Assembly: GCA_964188305.1 (NCBI GenBank)
Contig: OZ076901.1
Direction: 5' to 3' (one strand)
Length of the DNA: 64,000 nucleotides
Source of the DNA: Podarcis bocagei
Taxonomy: Eukaryota
Shown here: positions 12,371 through 26,129 of the stretch, piece after piece
How positions within the stretch are numbered: position 1 is the first letter of the stretch
How the letters are laid out: each line of letters starts with the position of its first letter
Made by a program: the position numbers and the translations under genes
Notes under the pieces: model-generated
What the model was told of the DNA's origin: nothing
The model's input: only the letters and a program-made list of their open reading frames with translations
Database searches by the model: none

Positions 12371-12767
12371 TGTTGTTGTTTAGTCATTTAGTCGTATCCT
12401 ACTCTTCGTGACCCCATGGACCAGAGCATGCCAGGCCCTCCTGTCTTCCACTGCCTCCCGCAGTTTGGTCAAACTCATGCTGGTAGCTTCAAGAACACTG
12501 TCCCACCATCTCGTCCTCTGTCGTCCCCTTCTCCTTGTGCCCTCCATCTTTCCCAACATCAGGGTCTTTTCCAGGGAGTCTTCTCTTCTCATGAGGTGGC
12601 CAAAGTATTGGAGCCTCAGGTTCAGGATCTGTCCTTCCAGTGAGCACTCAGGGCTGATTTCCTTCAGAATGGATAGGTTTGATCTTCTGGCAGTCCACGG
12701 GACTCTCAAGATTCTCCTCCAGCACCAGAATTCAAAAGCATCAATTCTTTGGCGATCAGCCTTCTTT
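12371..12767 (-). mobile_element. BovB (RTE) LINE 3' fragment
   Basis: ORF MRVPWTARRSNLSILKEISPECSLEGQIL.LRLQYFGHLMRREDSLEKTLMLGK..GRQRTRW.D..RLND; (CAA)n tail. Confidence 0.92.
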
Positions 12768-15700
12768 AGCCTTTGCCAAATTGAGGTGTATATTTTCAGG
12801 ACCCACCTTACTTTTGTAATTTTAAATTGTTTTAAACTGTTTTTAGTATTGTGCTGTAACGTTGCATTTTTTAGAATGGAGGGTGGCTAACAAATTAAAT
12901 CATCACAATCACCACCATCATCATATGTGGAAATCCCACTGAGATGTGTCTAGCCTCCGCGTTATAACATTTTAGAAAAGAGATCATTACAAAGAGGGGG
13001 TGAGGAAGAATTATTGGTTTTTACAGTCAGAGTTTTATGGAATTGATGCATAATATAAGGCTGCCTCTTTCTCTGCTGTCTTGGAGTTATGCAACTGTCT
13101 ATTGTTTCATATTTTTATTGATGCAAACTGCTCCAGGGCTTATTGGAGACGAAAAAATATAATGTAATATAGAAATAACATTTAAATAAATAGATAAAGC
13201 AGGTGGCCACAAGAAAAATGGCCTTCACCATGGTAGCTTCTCACTTGTGGAATGCCCTCACTAGATATGCTATATTGCATTTTCAGTACAAAATAATTTA
13301 TTTTCACAGGGTTTTTGTTTTTTAAAAAACCACATTTATTTATTTAGATTTCTATGCCACCCTGATCATCCAGTGTGATGGACAGGCCTTGGCTCTGCCT
13401 CCTTCAGACCTAACAGCCACTGAGAACTGGGAAATAGACCAGCCTGCCAGGAGAGAGCACAAGAGAGAGGGAGACATTTAAGTCAAAGGCTGGCTGCTGA
13501 GAGTTGGATAGGGACAGGGACTCTCTGAGAGAAGGCAGGCAGGGATTGACTGTGGGTTATAGCTGGTTTTTAGACTTAGGAACTTTCTGTCTAGGTGGGC
13601 AGAAGGGGTCTCGGGCTATCTCAGCAAAGCAGATAAGTGTTGTCTCTTAGAGGAATCAGATTTTGAAGTGGTTCTCATTCAGGCTTAAAGACGGTCTGGG
13701 TACACAAGGTTCAATCTACCTGAGGGTAAGGCTGAGAGTTTAGGAAAGGTTGGAAGGGCTTTAGGGATAGTGTAAACCTATAAAATTGTGGCCAATACTG
13801 TTGTTATTTGTCTTGTTCAACATGAATTGCCCCCTCCTCCCAATTGGGCACATAATTCAGAGAAGAAAGCTGGTGAGACATATGGACAAATTGGGTGTAG
13901 CTTAAATCACCTTTGGGACAGATGGCTACAAGGCACAGGTGCAAAAACCCTGGAGGATGTAATAAATTTGATTGGGCTGGAGTAGTTTTATAAGAATATT
14001 CCCTAAGATGTGAGATGGGTAAGCGAGGATAAAAAGCCCCAAACTGTAGCTTATATTGCTCAAGCAATGAACAGCAATAACAGAGAGCTAGTAGGTTTTA
14101 CTTCAGGTTCTATCTCTGGGGCTGAGATCACTGTCATAAAACTTGAGTTGACCATTATACTAGGTCAAAAATAGCTAATTTAGGGGTTTGGTGGTCTGAG
14201 TTTTGAAGTCCCTGGGGCAGAAGTACCGGTAGGTATGAACAGTGGATTGGAAAGTAGCAGCCTGGCATGATACCACAGCACAGATTTTATAGGGGAATGA
14301 ATTTACTCAGTAGCTGAAACGGTTAAGCAGTGAAACCTTGAAACTAAATGCTGTGCTCCTGCAAGCCAAGCAAAGCCTAAGCATTGTTATGGCACCCCAG
14401 CATGAGCATGAGCCTTGATACTCTATTTAATGTGTTAAATGTGCATTTGTGTGTGGGTTTTTTTTTAAAAAAAAAACCCACCAAAATAATAAAATAGCAG
14501 ACAGAGGTGGCTGTTTCCGTTTTACATGTCTTTAAATTACATCAGCTATAATTCCTCCCATAGATTTGCTCTTCTGTAGCATAAATTAGTTGTTCACTTA
14601 GCCTCTTTCTCCTCCATTCAGAGTTTTGTGCATCATTTGTTCTTAGTAATGTGAAATTGTCTCAAGGCAACCAGAAGTCAGACTGTAAGATCATCCCATA
14701 CATTTAGAACAGTTTCCTCCCTCTAATTACTATTAGCAATTACTCCATTTGGAATATGGGTGAAAAGGTTAATGATTAACAACACATGACTGTCACTGAT
14801 TAAAGTGAAGCATATCTATGTTGCTGGGTGGCAAATTTGCAGGACCCTCATTTATTATTATTATTTTTTTGCATGTTGATCACACATTTTTCCTAAAGAT
14901 AATTCATAGAGGCTCACGTTGATCTGGTGACTTGATATTTCATTTTTGAATGTTAAGTGGTTTGTGTGCAGTCCTGATTTCCTCTCCCAGTGGGCAAGTG
15001 CTGCATTTGCCACAGTTGAGGGCAGCAATGCTTCTGAATATCAGTTGCAAGAAGGGGCGAGTGCCATTGTAATCAAATTCTACTTGTGGGTTTCCTACAG
15101 GCATCCGGTTGGCCACTGTGAGAATAGGATGCTGGACTACGTGGGCCATTGGCCTGATCCAGCCACCTGTTAATGGTCATTAGGATGGAATCATAGAATT
15201 GTTCTCATGTTCTTATGAATGGAGCTGAATTTATTTCCCACCTCTAGTATTCAGGCCTGGAAACTGACATCCTAGTGCCTGATCAGGGCTCCTAACTGCT
15301 AACATCTGCCCTGAGTCCTGTGTTTGAAATTTTATTTTCTCACAGTGCTCAGGGCACTCTAGGCCATTGGGAGAAATTAAAACAGCATCCCTGTCCACTT
15401 TCGGAGTGCTGCTTTTGCCACCTCTCTTTTACCCATAGGAGGATCATCAGTGTACCACCAGCAGGCACTTTGCCCATGGCCTCCTCATATTCCACAGGTA
15501 CAAGTTGCTTGCTGTGTACTGGCCCTCCGGGCTTCCCATACCAGGAATTGGCTGAGACAGCTTTTGGACACTATGCTTTTTGTTTCAGTTCCACATTACA
15601 AGCAGCAGCCTGCTACATGTTTCCTTTCAGTCCTCTGTAACCCTTTTTGTATCAAATGTGTTTTAGTTTACGCATCTTATGTGTGGCCTCCTCTTCAAGA

Positions 15701-15982
15701 TGCTTATTTGGGTCATACCCTGTTCTCACCCTCATTCCTTGTTGTCGTCCCCCACCCCAAGTCACCCTCTTCTCTCTTTCAACATCATCTTCTGCCCTAC
15801 CCATCCAGTGGCCTGCCCCCCCCCTCTCTCTTTTCAACCCTTGCAAAGGATTGCTGAAATTGGGCCAAAGCCCATGTAAAATTGAGTCAAGGGCAGTGGA
15901 TTGCCCATCCCTGCATTAGAAGACAGAATCATTTAACCTACCTCACAGGATTGTTGTGGACATGAAGTGAGGAGGAGAAGTA

Positions 15983-16187
15983 CAGTGGTACCTTGGTTTA
16001 CAACCATAATCTGTTCCGGAGGTCCGTTTGTAAACCAAAACAGGTTGTAACCCAAGATGCGCTTTTGCCAATGGCGCCTCCCCCAAAAAATTGTTTGCTT
16101 GCAAACTGGGACACGCACTTCCAGTTTGACGTGTTTGTAATCCAAAACGTATGCAAACCGATATGTATGAAAACCAAGGTGCCACTG
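15983..16187. mobile_element. Tc1/mariner MITE inserted in a Squam3-like SINE tail (~15934-16243)
   Basis: TIR CAGTGGTACCTTGGTTT/AAACCAAGGTGCCACTG; TA TSD. Confidence 0.85.
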
Positions 16188-17529
16188 TACTGTTTGCACC
16201 ATCCTGTGGTCATTGGAAGAATGGGGTATAAATGCATTAATACAGTATGTAAAATCCTCTAGGGCCACCCCACCCACATTACATTTTCAGTAACCAGTCA
16301 CATGATACCAGTTAATCTAAACAGTATGATTCTAACACAAGAGACATACGGTATGGCAGCACCCATGCTCTGAACGCCCTCTATCAACATTAGGAAGGCA
16401 TCCTCCCTATACTTAACAAAACAAAACTATTATTGTTATTTCAGCAAGCCTGTCCAGACATATAATTTAGTTGTGAATAGTTGCTTTTAATATCTTCTTA
16501 TTTTGAAATGTGCTCTTTCTTATCATCATGAAATTGTTTAGTTTCCCCCCTCAATAAATAAATAAATTATTGCCCTGGTAACGTCATTCCTTAAGTCACA
16601 TAAGGAACTCACTTTGCAGAGCTAATTGATATACAACGGTCATAAATATTTGTATTTTTATGTGTGCATCTAACATCAAGGGGGAAAAAATGTTCTTTAT
16701 TGTGTTATTTCTGTGTCATGAAACAGAATGTGTTGGACCTTGTCCAGTTGAAGCCAAGTTAGCATGAAATGCATTTTTTGTTATTATTATTATTGGATGG
16801 TGTGTTTTTTTATTAGTTGTCTTGATGAAAAAGTCAAAAAGAAGATTAACTGTTGCATTGCATCAAGAGGAAGGACACTCGCAAGTCTATCCAGCTAAAT
16901 TGGAAAGAATGGAGACCCACCTTGGGCAGAAATCGCCTTGAGTTTCCCCATCACTCAAGCCAATGGCAAGTAAGAATGCCATGTGTTTAATGATATGCTG
17001 AATGCCCTTGCCACCACAAATGCATGTCTCTATTGCTGTGTCATTTCTCAAATGACACTTTATTACAATAGCATTCAAAGTCCATGTTACATGGTAATCT
17101 GTCTTGTGGTATATAAAATGCACCAGGTAATGGCACTGAATACCACAGGAGGACAAAATGTCAAAAACACTTCCCCAGCTGAGCAATCAATGATTCACAA
17201 AACCTCTGATTATATAGAAATCTGACAGTAAAATCAACAAACAAATTGGTTATTTGTTCAGTTCTCTTAAGCAGGGGCTGTTTCCGAAACACACATCCAA
17301 CAGCTCTTCAAAAGAAGTAAAGCAGAGAATATAATGTAAAATAAGTATGCCATCTATTTCCTGCTGAACAGAAAAGGTTGTGCTGAGTGGTACACTTAGT
17401 TCTCCATTGAGTATATTTGTGCTAAAAAAAAAGGATGCAAGGCACAGAAATATATATATATTAATGACACAGTCTAAAAATATGCACACACAAACATGCA
17501 GAATGCCACCATATTGGGTATAATAATTA

Positions 17530-17820
17530 TCTGAGAAATGTTGGAGGGTATGGTAGGATATCCCTATTTTCATTAGAGAAATGTTGGAGGATATGGAATT
17601 ATCTGACCCCCCCCCCAAGCCATCTGAAGGCAGCCCTGTATAGGGAAGATTTTTTAATGTTTAATGTTTTATTCTGTTTTTATATATGTTGCAAGCTGCT
17701 CAGAGTGGCTGGGACAACCCAGTAAGATTCGTGGGGTATAAATAGTAAAATTATCATTATGGATAATTTTCATATTATCATTATGTTCCTATTTTCATCA
17801 GAAAAATGTTGGAGGGTATG
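17530..17820 (+). mobile_element. Composite TIR element with L2 tail (3' half)
   Basis: Repeated AAATGTTGGAGG, GGAATTATCTGACCC + L2 tail, ends GGAGGGTATG. Confidence 0.55.
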
Positions 17821-18590
17821 AAATTTGCATGAAACCTTTCTGAAGGGTGTTTAAAAACTCACTTATTAATATATTTCTCTCAAAATGTGCACTCTAAATG
17901 CACTTTATCTCGCATTACCTCCCATCAAAATATTTTAAACCTCTTTCTTTCTTTTTTCTTTTTAGCCATGAGTTGCATCGTAAAATTCTGGAAAGCGCCA
18001 ATCCTGTGTGAAACTGATTTCTGCGTCTCATGTAACTCTAGGAGGTATGGATAAGGTCAATTTGTACTGAATCAAAAAGGAGGAAATTCCTTAGGCATCC
18101 TTGCTTTTTGTCCAGTTCAGTATTCAGACATATTTCACTTCACTTCACATTTCACTCTGGATTGCCTCTCTCATTCAGTCTGTAGCAGAGTGTCATTCAG
18201 CTCCCAATGAAGGCTCCAATATTCATCTTTCCAATTTTTTAACTTGCGCAGTTTTAAATTCCATTTCTGTCAAACTGGATTTTTTTTTAAAAAAAGAAAA
18301 CCCTCAAAACATTGCCATTGTGACTATCATTCTTAATATTCATGACATGGTTACTGGCTGTCTGAAAATGATTGATCTTGTCAGGAGACTTGGTCCCTTT
18401 TCAAACCATACCAGCCTCTGTAAAACTGATGAATTAAACTAAGAGGACATCTCCTGACATTTGTAGCTCTCGACAAATGCTAGGCTGAAGTTAAACTTAA
18501 ATGATTTTTTTTTTTTTTTGGCTGAGGGAAAAAATGCCACCACATGGAGGGATCAATTTTTAACCATGACTTGGAAATGTTCATTTTCAG

Positions 18591-18719
18591 CTTCTGCCCA
18601 GGATACAGTTAAATATTTATTTCACCTTGCTAAGGGCACTTTCGGAAGAAGAAGAAAATCTGCATGATATTGGTGTGATCTTTGCAACCATTTTGCTGTT
18701 GGGTTGATCCTCTATGGAG
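18591..18719 (+). other. Candidate spliced exon (5'UTR-type, ends ATG GAG)
   Basis: Acceptor TTCATTTTCAG, donor GAG/GTATTT, GAAGAAGAAGAA enhancer-like run, non-repetitive; stops in all three frames before the terminal ATG. Confidence 0.3.
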
Positions 18720-19379
18720 GTATTTTTTATTTTTTTAAAAAAATTTAATATGTATATAGTTTTTGGCTTCTTGAAGAAGCCTCCTGTAAGATTGCAAAAT
18801 GCATTTGTGAACCCTAATAACTGAGGAAGGAGGGCTGTTTTAGCAGCATTAAGGGTTGGCTTGCTATTCTGTTGAACTTGTTTGTATTGAATGGGAGCTG
18901 GGAGTTGTAAACTATGGGTTTGCATCTTGCCCAGCCTATAGAACCATCAAATTGTAAAGTTAGAAGAGACACCAATGGTCATCTAGTCCAACCCCCTGCA
19001 ATGCTGGAATCACAACTTTGGTTCAGATCCCCATTTAATTAAGATCAAACCAACTGATTTGAATCAGAATTAGAAGCGGAATCCTGATTTGGAAAAACCA
19101 AGCTATATGCCAGCCTTTACTCTCGATTATGGAGATTTTAAAACAAAATTGGATGCAATTTAAACACATAGTAGGCCCTTCTGAGTAGATATAGCCTGCC
19201 CAGTTACAGACAAATTAGTCCAGAGCTTCATCACACAGCTTTTATCATATTTACAGCCCATGTTTCTTCCATGATGGTGCTCAGGGTGACTTGAGATACA
19301 TCAGAGTTCTTGACTTTTACGTTCATTCTCCCAAAGTTGTGGCAATGTGTTTGCTGTATGCAAGAAGCAAGCTGTCACA

Positions 19380-19410
<31 letters not shown>

Positions 19411-19639
19411 TTTTTGAGTTTAACAATTTCCTTTAGAAAGATCCTGATCATTTCCCCTTTTTAGAGATGTATGGGTAAAAGAGAAGGGGGGGGGGAGAGA
19501 CTCTAACCTGAGTCAAGATGAATAACAACTTGGAGCAGTTTAAAAAAATAAATAAATCCCCTCCACCCAAATTCATACACTGTCATCCCTAGATGTTGTT
19601 TCCCTCAAAAATGTATTGATGTTGGATGTCATGAAGGCT

Positions 19640-19815
19640 AATAGGAACACAGGAAGCTGCCATGTGCTTGGTATATCTAGCTCAGTATTGCCTACACTGG
19701 TTGACAGCATCTCTCCAGGGTTTCAGATGTTCCCAACCCTACCTGGAGGTGCTAGAGATTTAATCTGGGACCTTCTGCATGCAAAGCAAATGCTCTACCA
19801 CTGAACTACAGCCCT
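19640..19815 (-). mobile_element. tRNA-derived SINE (Squam2-like)
   Basis: GGGACCTTCTGCATGCAAAGCAAATGCTCTACCACTGAACTACAGCCC is the reverse complement of the tRNA head. Confidence 0.75.
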
Positions 19816-19853
19816 TACCCAGGTGTTCTTCAGTTGTATTTGCAGGAAGACAC

Positions 19854-20295
19854 TGTCAGAAGCTCAGCCTACACTCGAGTAGGACCGTGGCAGAGACACA
19901 TGCCCGACTGGCATGTTCTCTCCCTCCTGGTCTTTCATTTGGGAGCTTCAAAAGCTTCTTTCTGCCCGAACATCACAGCGACTGATGCCAACAGACACTG
20001 GCACACTTAGGGATCCGCAGCCTGTGCAGTCCGCATGACAGACCTCAGCAACTCAGCATTTTGGCTAATCTACTTTATTTACATATAAACACTCACGGAG
20101 CACTGCAACATGGCTCCCTCTCTCTAGCATCAGACAGCAAAGAGAAAAGAGAAAAGGACAATAGTCCCACTTCACGGAATACAGTAACACAAACATCCTG
20201 TCTCCATCACTTCCCAGTCTGTGGAGTCAAAACATACACCGTCATGTGAAAGACAACAATCCCTTGACTGCAATCATGGAGCAGGAATTCTAACA
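19854..20295 (-). mobile_element. Solo LTR (442 bp)
   Basis: TG...CA termini (TGTCAGAA/TTCTAACA), perfect 5-bp TSD GACAC, AATAAA on - strand. Confidence 0.9.
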
Positions 20296-23200
20296 GACAC
20301 ATGGTTCCAAGAATAAGGGTAACTAATTTGGGAGTTATGAATAAAACCCTTTGATGTTGTGCTGCATATCCTTTGCATGATCTGCTGGGCTTTTGATGGG
20401 ATTGGTGTACACTTAAGGATAAAACTAGTAGCTTTTACCTAGAGTTGGAAGAACTGAGCCAGAGCTATGCACAGCAGACTTTAAGGGCTCATGCATCCTG
20501 TCTTTTAATGTGGATGCAGATTTCCCCATTATCAGGGATCCTCCAAGAAGGAGAGGGTATAAGAAAATCTGGACTGAGGGAGGAGAAATTGTAGGAAGGC
20601 AGTGGTTCAGAAGAAAACATCATATGGACAATGGAGAATCTGTAGAGTTACAGGAAGCTTACTGCCCATACTAAACATCAGCAGCAATAGCATGGATGAG
20701 TCCTAAGGCCTGATTTAAAAGTTCCATTCTAGCTATCGTTGCGTTCAGAATGTCCTTCCCTACATAGTGAGGAACAATGTTTAAATGTCTCTGTTATATA
20801 TGTCAAATCCAAAACATAGGATGTTCAAATGCCAGCGTCAGCTGCCTTAAAGGCTACACAACGCTGGCATGAGGGGAGAATCACAGCCCCTGCACGTGTT
20901 TGGAATGAGGCTTCCTTCCTCTGTGTGAATCACCTGCATGGGGAAGGAGGCGGGGGCTTCTCAGCAGCATCTACAGGTGGTAAATGCCATTTCAATTAGC
21001 TGTAACTCCAGAGGGAGACCATATGGAGTGGAGCAGCAGCAAGAGTAATGAGATTTTGGTGACAGGGTAGTATGTCTTTTTTTTTCTTTCTCTTCCCTCA
21101 CCCCCCCCCCCGGTGTAAAATGTTGCTAGGGAAAAAATGAAGAGATGTTTAAAAAAAGGCGGGTGGAACCAAACTTAAACTTAACTTATTGGTGAGTGTT
21201 CCTAAGCAAAAGAGCACTGCAGAGACAATACAGAATTGTATACCTGGGCATATGATTTTGTATTGTAAAAAGTTTTGGCCATCTCATGTAGGGCTGTTTC
21301 ACAATGTATTCTTTTCATGGGTACATTTTGCAGACTCACTCTCCATCTGCTAAAAGTGTAATATTTATGGGGCAGCCACACTTTATAAACCAACCAACCA
21401 ACCAACCACATATACAGTACATGACTTTGGTGCGTACTGGGACTAATCACAGTATCTCTCTACCACTGGGGTGAAAAGGTGAGCTGTATGTGATTTAATT
21501 GCTACTGATCGTATGCATGTCTACTCAAAATAAAGCCCAACTGAGCCCAATGCATCTTTCTCCCATGTAAGTGGGTCTAGGACTGCAGTCTTAGAGAGCA
21601 ATCCTGCATATGGACATAACCATCAGCCTAGCATGGCTTTATGGGAGGCGGGTAGGTCCTATAGTCCTGCCACATTGGCTGAGGAAAGTGGGAGAGGGCA
21701 TACAGGTTGGGCATATTTTGGGCCCAATGTCATCATGTGAGAACAGTGGCTTTGGCTCAGAATCCAGGAGATTCAGGGGGGCTTTTCCCTGCCTCTTCCT
21801 CCTCAGGAGAACCTTGGTTCAGGGCTTTCTGCTAGCTGCTGTAAGCAGGAATTCTGATGCTCCAGTAGCACTTCTCCCCTGCTGCACATTCACTGAGAGG
21901 CCAGCAGAGTCTGGCAGGTGTTGGCAGAGTGACACCTCCGCCCAATCCAACTTCCCACACCTGCAAGGAGTGTGAATTGTTCACTTGGTGTGCAGTGGGA
22001 ACTGCAACTTTAAAATGTAAGGTTGTGCCTTGGATTTCATCAGTTGTTCTACTTATATGTTTTTATTGCTTTACTAAATGTTTACAATACTTTGGAGGGC
22101 AAGCTGCTTTAGGAGTTTGTCTTGAGCAGCGATCTAACAAAACTGAATAAATGAATGGTACGTAAGTTGAGGCTATGATGCGCCATACGTTTGCTGAAAT
22201 TTTGAAATGTGCAAATCTCTCTTTACCAAGCTATTCCTGCTGCTGTCCTCAGCTAAGGTGGGTGGTGGCAAGAGACAGAGACTTTTCCACTGTGGCACCT
22301 TGCAATGGTGCAATTAGGTAATTTTCAATGTGGGACCTAAATGGACTTAAGGGGGCATGGAGGTTCTTTAAATGGCAATGTGTATTACTTCACTTACTTA
22401 AAAAAAAGAAGAAGAAAGCAAGACAAGCCCTACTATATTTGGGGGCCTTCCTGCTGACTGGAACGCCTGGACTTCTGCCCCAAAGTCCTGCCTTGATGGC
22501 AACCCTGACATCTTCTCTCTTGAACTCTTCCTGTCCACTCATCCATCAGGCACCTTCTCTGATATCATGTAGGTAATAACTATAACTACCGTACTTCTTT
22601 TGACTGTTCATGGTATTCAATGTATGCTACCAAAGTGGATTTATTCATTGCTTTTCTCTGTCAGCGCTGAATTGCCACCGTTTATGCTACTGGTAACCAG
22701 CTGAATAATCTTGCAATTAAGAAGTGGGATATAACCATCAATTGTCTTCACCTTGTAGATGACATAATGTGTAAAGGCACTATGTCATTGAGGGCATAAT
22801 GACTGGAATAATCTCAAGGGTGGCTTTGAAGGGAACAGCTTTGTATTTAGCTTGTATCTACACACACACACAAATATCTATACAGATGTGAAGGGTAACA
22901 CCGCTCTACCCCTGCCTCCCAAACTGTTCTTGATCACCCCCAAAATGCATAAAGGTGCCCTTAATGAGAGTCATACAATCAGCACAGGTGGAGCCGTGCT
23001 GTAATACCAACAAAACTGCTGCCCATTTTGCTGGTTTCAAGTATAGCACATAAATGCCAGTCTGAACACCTGGGAAGCTGCCATCTGGAGGAACACAGAC
23101 ATTAGAAGGATGTTCTTTGTTTGAAATTGCAGATATGGGCATTGAGGATAATTGGCGTAGTACTGCATTCTCCATGGTTGTGCTTCTACTACAATGAGAC

Positions 23201-24023
23201 TGGAGCCCTGTTCGCCTCTGGTTCAAAGAGGACGTGGTCCTATATACAAAGCAAGAGAGTGGGCTTTTTTCTTTAGCAGTCCTGGCTACATTCCAGCAAA
23301 TATAATCTTGAGGAGCATTGCAGAAGTGTATCTGTGATGAGAATGAGATCTGAATCTCTATTCAGTCTACATATGTAAGGCTTTAAGTTTGGGATGGGTT
23401 TCCCCACCCACCCTAATCCTTTAAGTTCCTTAGGTTAATTGTATGCTAATGCATTCCAAATAAATTAGACAGCTAACTCATAAAATATTTATGAAACAGC
23501 TTTAAGGAGGGCTTTTCATAACAGAAATGACTGTTCTGAAATATACCACAAAACCTGCCCTAAATCCTGCTACATAAGAGGGTTTTACTTTAAAGTTTTC
23601 AGAATTGTACTGTTATCATATTAATCTCCCGCTCCACCACCATCTAAGGGTTTAGGTGATGTAGTTGTGTAGGATAATATTTCAGTTACTCATCCCCCTT
23701 CCTCCAATGCTGGTGGGTTTTTCTGCAGATATATTCTTCAACATGTCATTGATAGTGCATTAGCACATTAGCGGTGGATTTATTCTGGACCACCCGCATA
23801 TCATTAGTTGTTCTGGGGTTCTTCCCCAATGTTACCACGTCATTGCTGTCTGGAGTGACTCTCTTGCACTGTAACAGAACAAAAGCAGGGCAAAAAATCT
23901 TGAGCTGCTATGGTATAAAGTGACAAGATTTCAGCAAGCCACTACAGAACATGCACTGATTGGACATAAAAGGAGTATGTTTACCCCAAAACATTTGCAG
24001 GTGCAAAGAAGAGGAAGAGGAGG

Positions 24024-24155
24024 CAGTGGCGTAGCGTGGGTTGTCAGCACCCAGGGCAAGGCAAGTAATTTGCGCCCCCTAACCCGTGGATTTGCGCCCC
24101 CTAACCCTAACCCCCAGATGTTGTGCCCGGTGCGGCCGGCCCCCCCTGCACCCCC
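24024..24155. mobile_element. hAT-type MITE running into the gap
   Basis: Terminus CAGTGGCGTAGCG; internal TTTGCGCCCCCTAACCC duplication. Confidence 0.55.
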
Positions 24156-24314
24156 NNNNNNNNNNNNNNNNNNNNNNNNNNNNNNNNNNNNNNNNNNNNN
24201 NNNNNNNNNNNNNNNNNNNNNNNNNNNNNNNNNNNNNNNNNNNNNNNNNNNNNNNNNNNNNNNNNNNNNNNNNNNNNNNNNNNNNNNNNNNNNNNNNNNN
24301 NNNNNNNNNNNNNN
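24156..24314. other. Assembly gap (159 N)
   Basis: Run of N. Confidence 1.
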
Positions 24315-24381
24315 ATCTCAAGGTAGGGATCAAAAAGTCCCCTTTCTGAATCTCCAAAGAACTGCTGCCAATGGTGTAGGC

Positions 24382-24518
24382 CAGGCTTCCTCAACCTCGG
24401 CCCTCCAGATGCTTTGAGACTACAGTTCCCATCATCCCCTGACCACTGTTCCTGCTAGCTAGGGATCATGGCAGTGGTAGGCCAAAAACATCTGGAGGGC
24501 TGAGGTTGAGGAAGCCTG
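24382..24518. mobile_element. hAT-type palindromic MITE
   Basis: TIR CAGGCTTCCTCAACCTCGGCCCTCCAGATG / CATCTGGAGGGCTGAGGTTGAGGAAGCCTG; 8-bp TSD GTGTAGGC/GTGTAGTC. Confidence 0.88.
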
Positions 24519-26082
24519 GTGTAGTCAATACTGAGCTACATGAATCAATGGTCTGATTCATTTCCTTTGTTCCTATGTAAGGTCTGAAAGGTTCCTTCTA
24601 AGCACATTTGGCTGCATGCAATTATAAGCTTCTTTGCAACTGGAAACCCCAGTAATGCAGGGTTCCCAGTCACAAGGAAGCTTCTAAGCACATTTGGTCA
24701 AATGCAGAAGTGACACTCCAGATGGGGCAGGTAGATCACTGAAGGAGAGGGGCAAGTGGTGCACATGCAATGGCAGTGGTGCCAGATGGGCTCTGCCAGT
24801 GCATTTAAACCATGTTGAGCTCCTCTCCCTTCCCCCAATGGCTAAGCAATAGCAGCCCATCTGCCAGGAAGCTTACATAAAGGCCCCACGCAGCAAGCCC
24901 CTTCTGCTTCAAAGACTTCTTCAGACCATCCCCCTAAAAGGAGGGGTGGTGCAGACAGGGATCAGATGGTGGGTGTGATGCCAGCATGTGTGTACGCACT
25001 TCCACACACACACTTTGTCCACACACTTTGAACAAATGCAGGAGTAGGACTGCTGTTTGAATTGAATGCAGAGCTCCTCCCTGACTGCGCTCTTCCATTG
25101 CCTCACTGTTCAATTCCCCTTCATTAATTATGCAACAAAGTTTTCGAGTGTGTTTGATACTGTTTTCTCTTTCCAAGGTGTTGTGCCATAATGGTATATT
25201 AAAATGTTGACATACGCTCTTGGGTCTTTTAGCTAAAGCTGTCATAAAAATAAATTATTCATATTATAAGGATGAAAGTCAAAGTCACACAGCCTCATAA
25301 TGGCCATGTTAACACCTCCCTTAAAGCTAATACCTTATTTAAGGGTTTTAAAATCAAGGAAGTTAGCTTGTTAGTTAAGAATTGCAGAGATGGAAGGTTG
25401 CCAAATACGCTGTTTCCCAACTCTGTGCTGCAGGGATGCGGGGAAGCAGCATGAATTTCCCCTCCAGTGCCACTTTGAAAAATACAAGAACTCTCTAGTA
25501 GTGGTGTCTGAAACCTTTCCTTGCTGAGTTAGACTACTGATAATGCATATTTGGACGTTTATTTGCAAAATCGGATGTACAATTTGCTATCTTCCACTGT
25601 ATTCCTTCACAGAAAAAAAAAGTCACATCCACACCATACTTAAAGCTCTATAGTGTCAGCTTAACAGTCATGGCTTCCCCCAAAGAATTATGGGAACTGT
25701 AGTTAAGGCTGCTGAGAGTTGTTAGGAGATCCCCTATTCCCCTCACAGAGCTGCGGTCCCTAGTTCGCCCACTGGCATACCCAGGTTGGCGTGGGAAAGG
25801 GCTCGTGATAAAACTCCCCACCAGCCACTGCCAATCAGTGCAGAAAATGCTGAGGACCATTGGTCTGCCTCAGGTGTTGGGAGTGATGCAACAATGGTTT
25901 CAGTAAGTTATCTGAACCACTGGGAAGTGGAGCAGGAGGTAATAGGCAGAAAGACAACCTGTTTTTCCCTCACTGACTCCTTGTTGAGTAAGCACCTGTT
26001 CTAAGGCTTTACTTCCTCACTCCTCCTCCTTCAGTGAGTTCACATTATATCTTCCTTGTAACTTCGTGACTCCATGATGACC

Positions 26083-26083
<1 letters not shown>

Positions 26084-26129
<46 letters not shown>

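Noticed and set aside
13374-14402. Possible ~1 kb LTR-like element (also ~4860-5590 and ~28775-29360)
   Set aside because: Composition is suggestive, but no TSD, second copy or defined termini could be shown.
24076-24114. Telomeric CCCTAA repeats
   Set aside because: Only 2-3 units inside a MITE.
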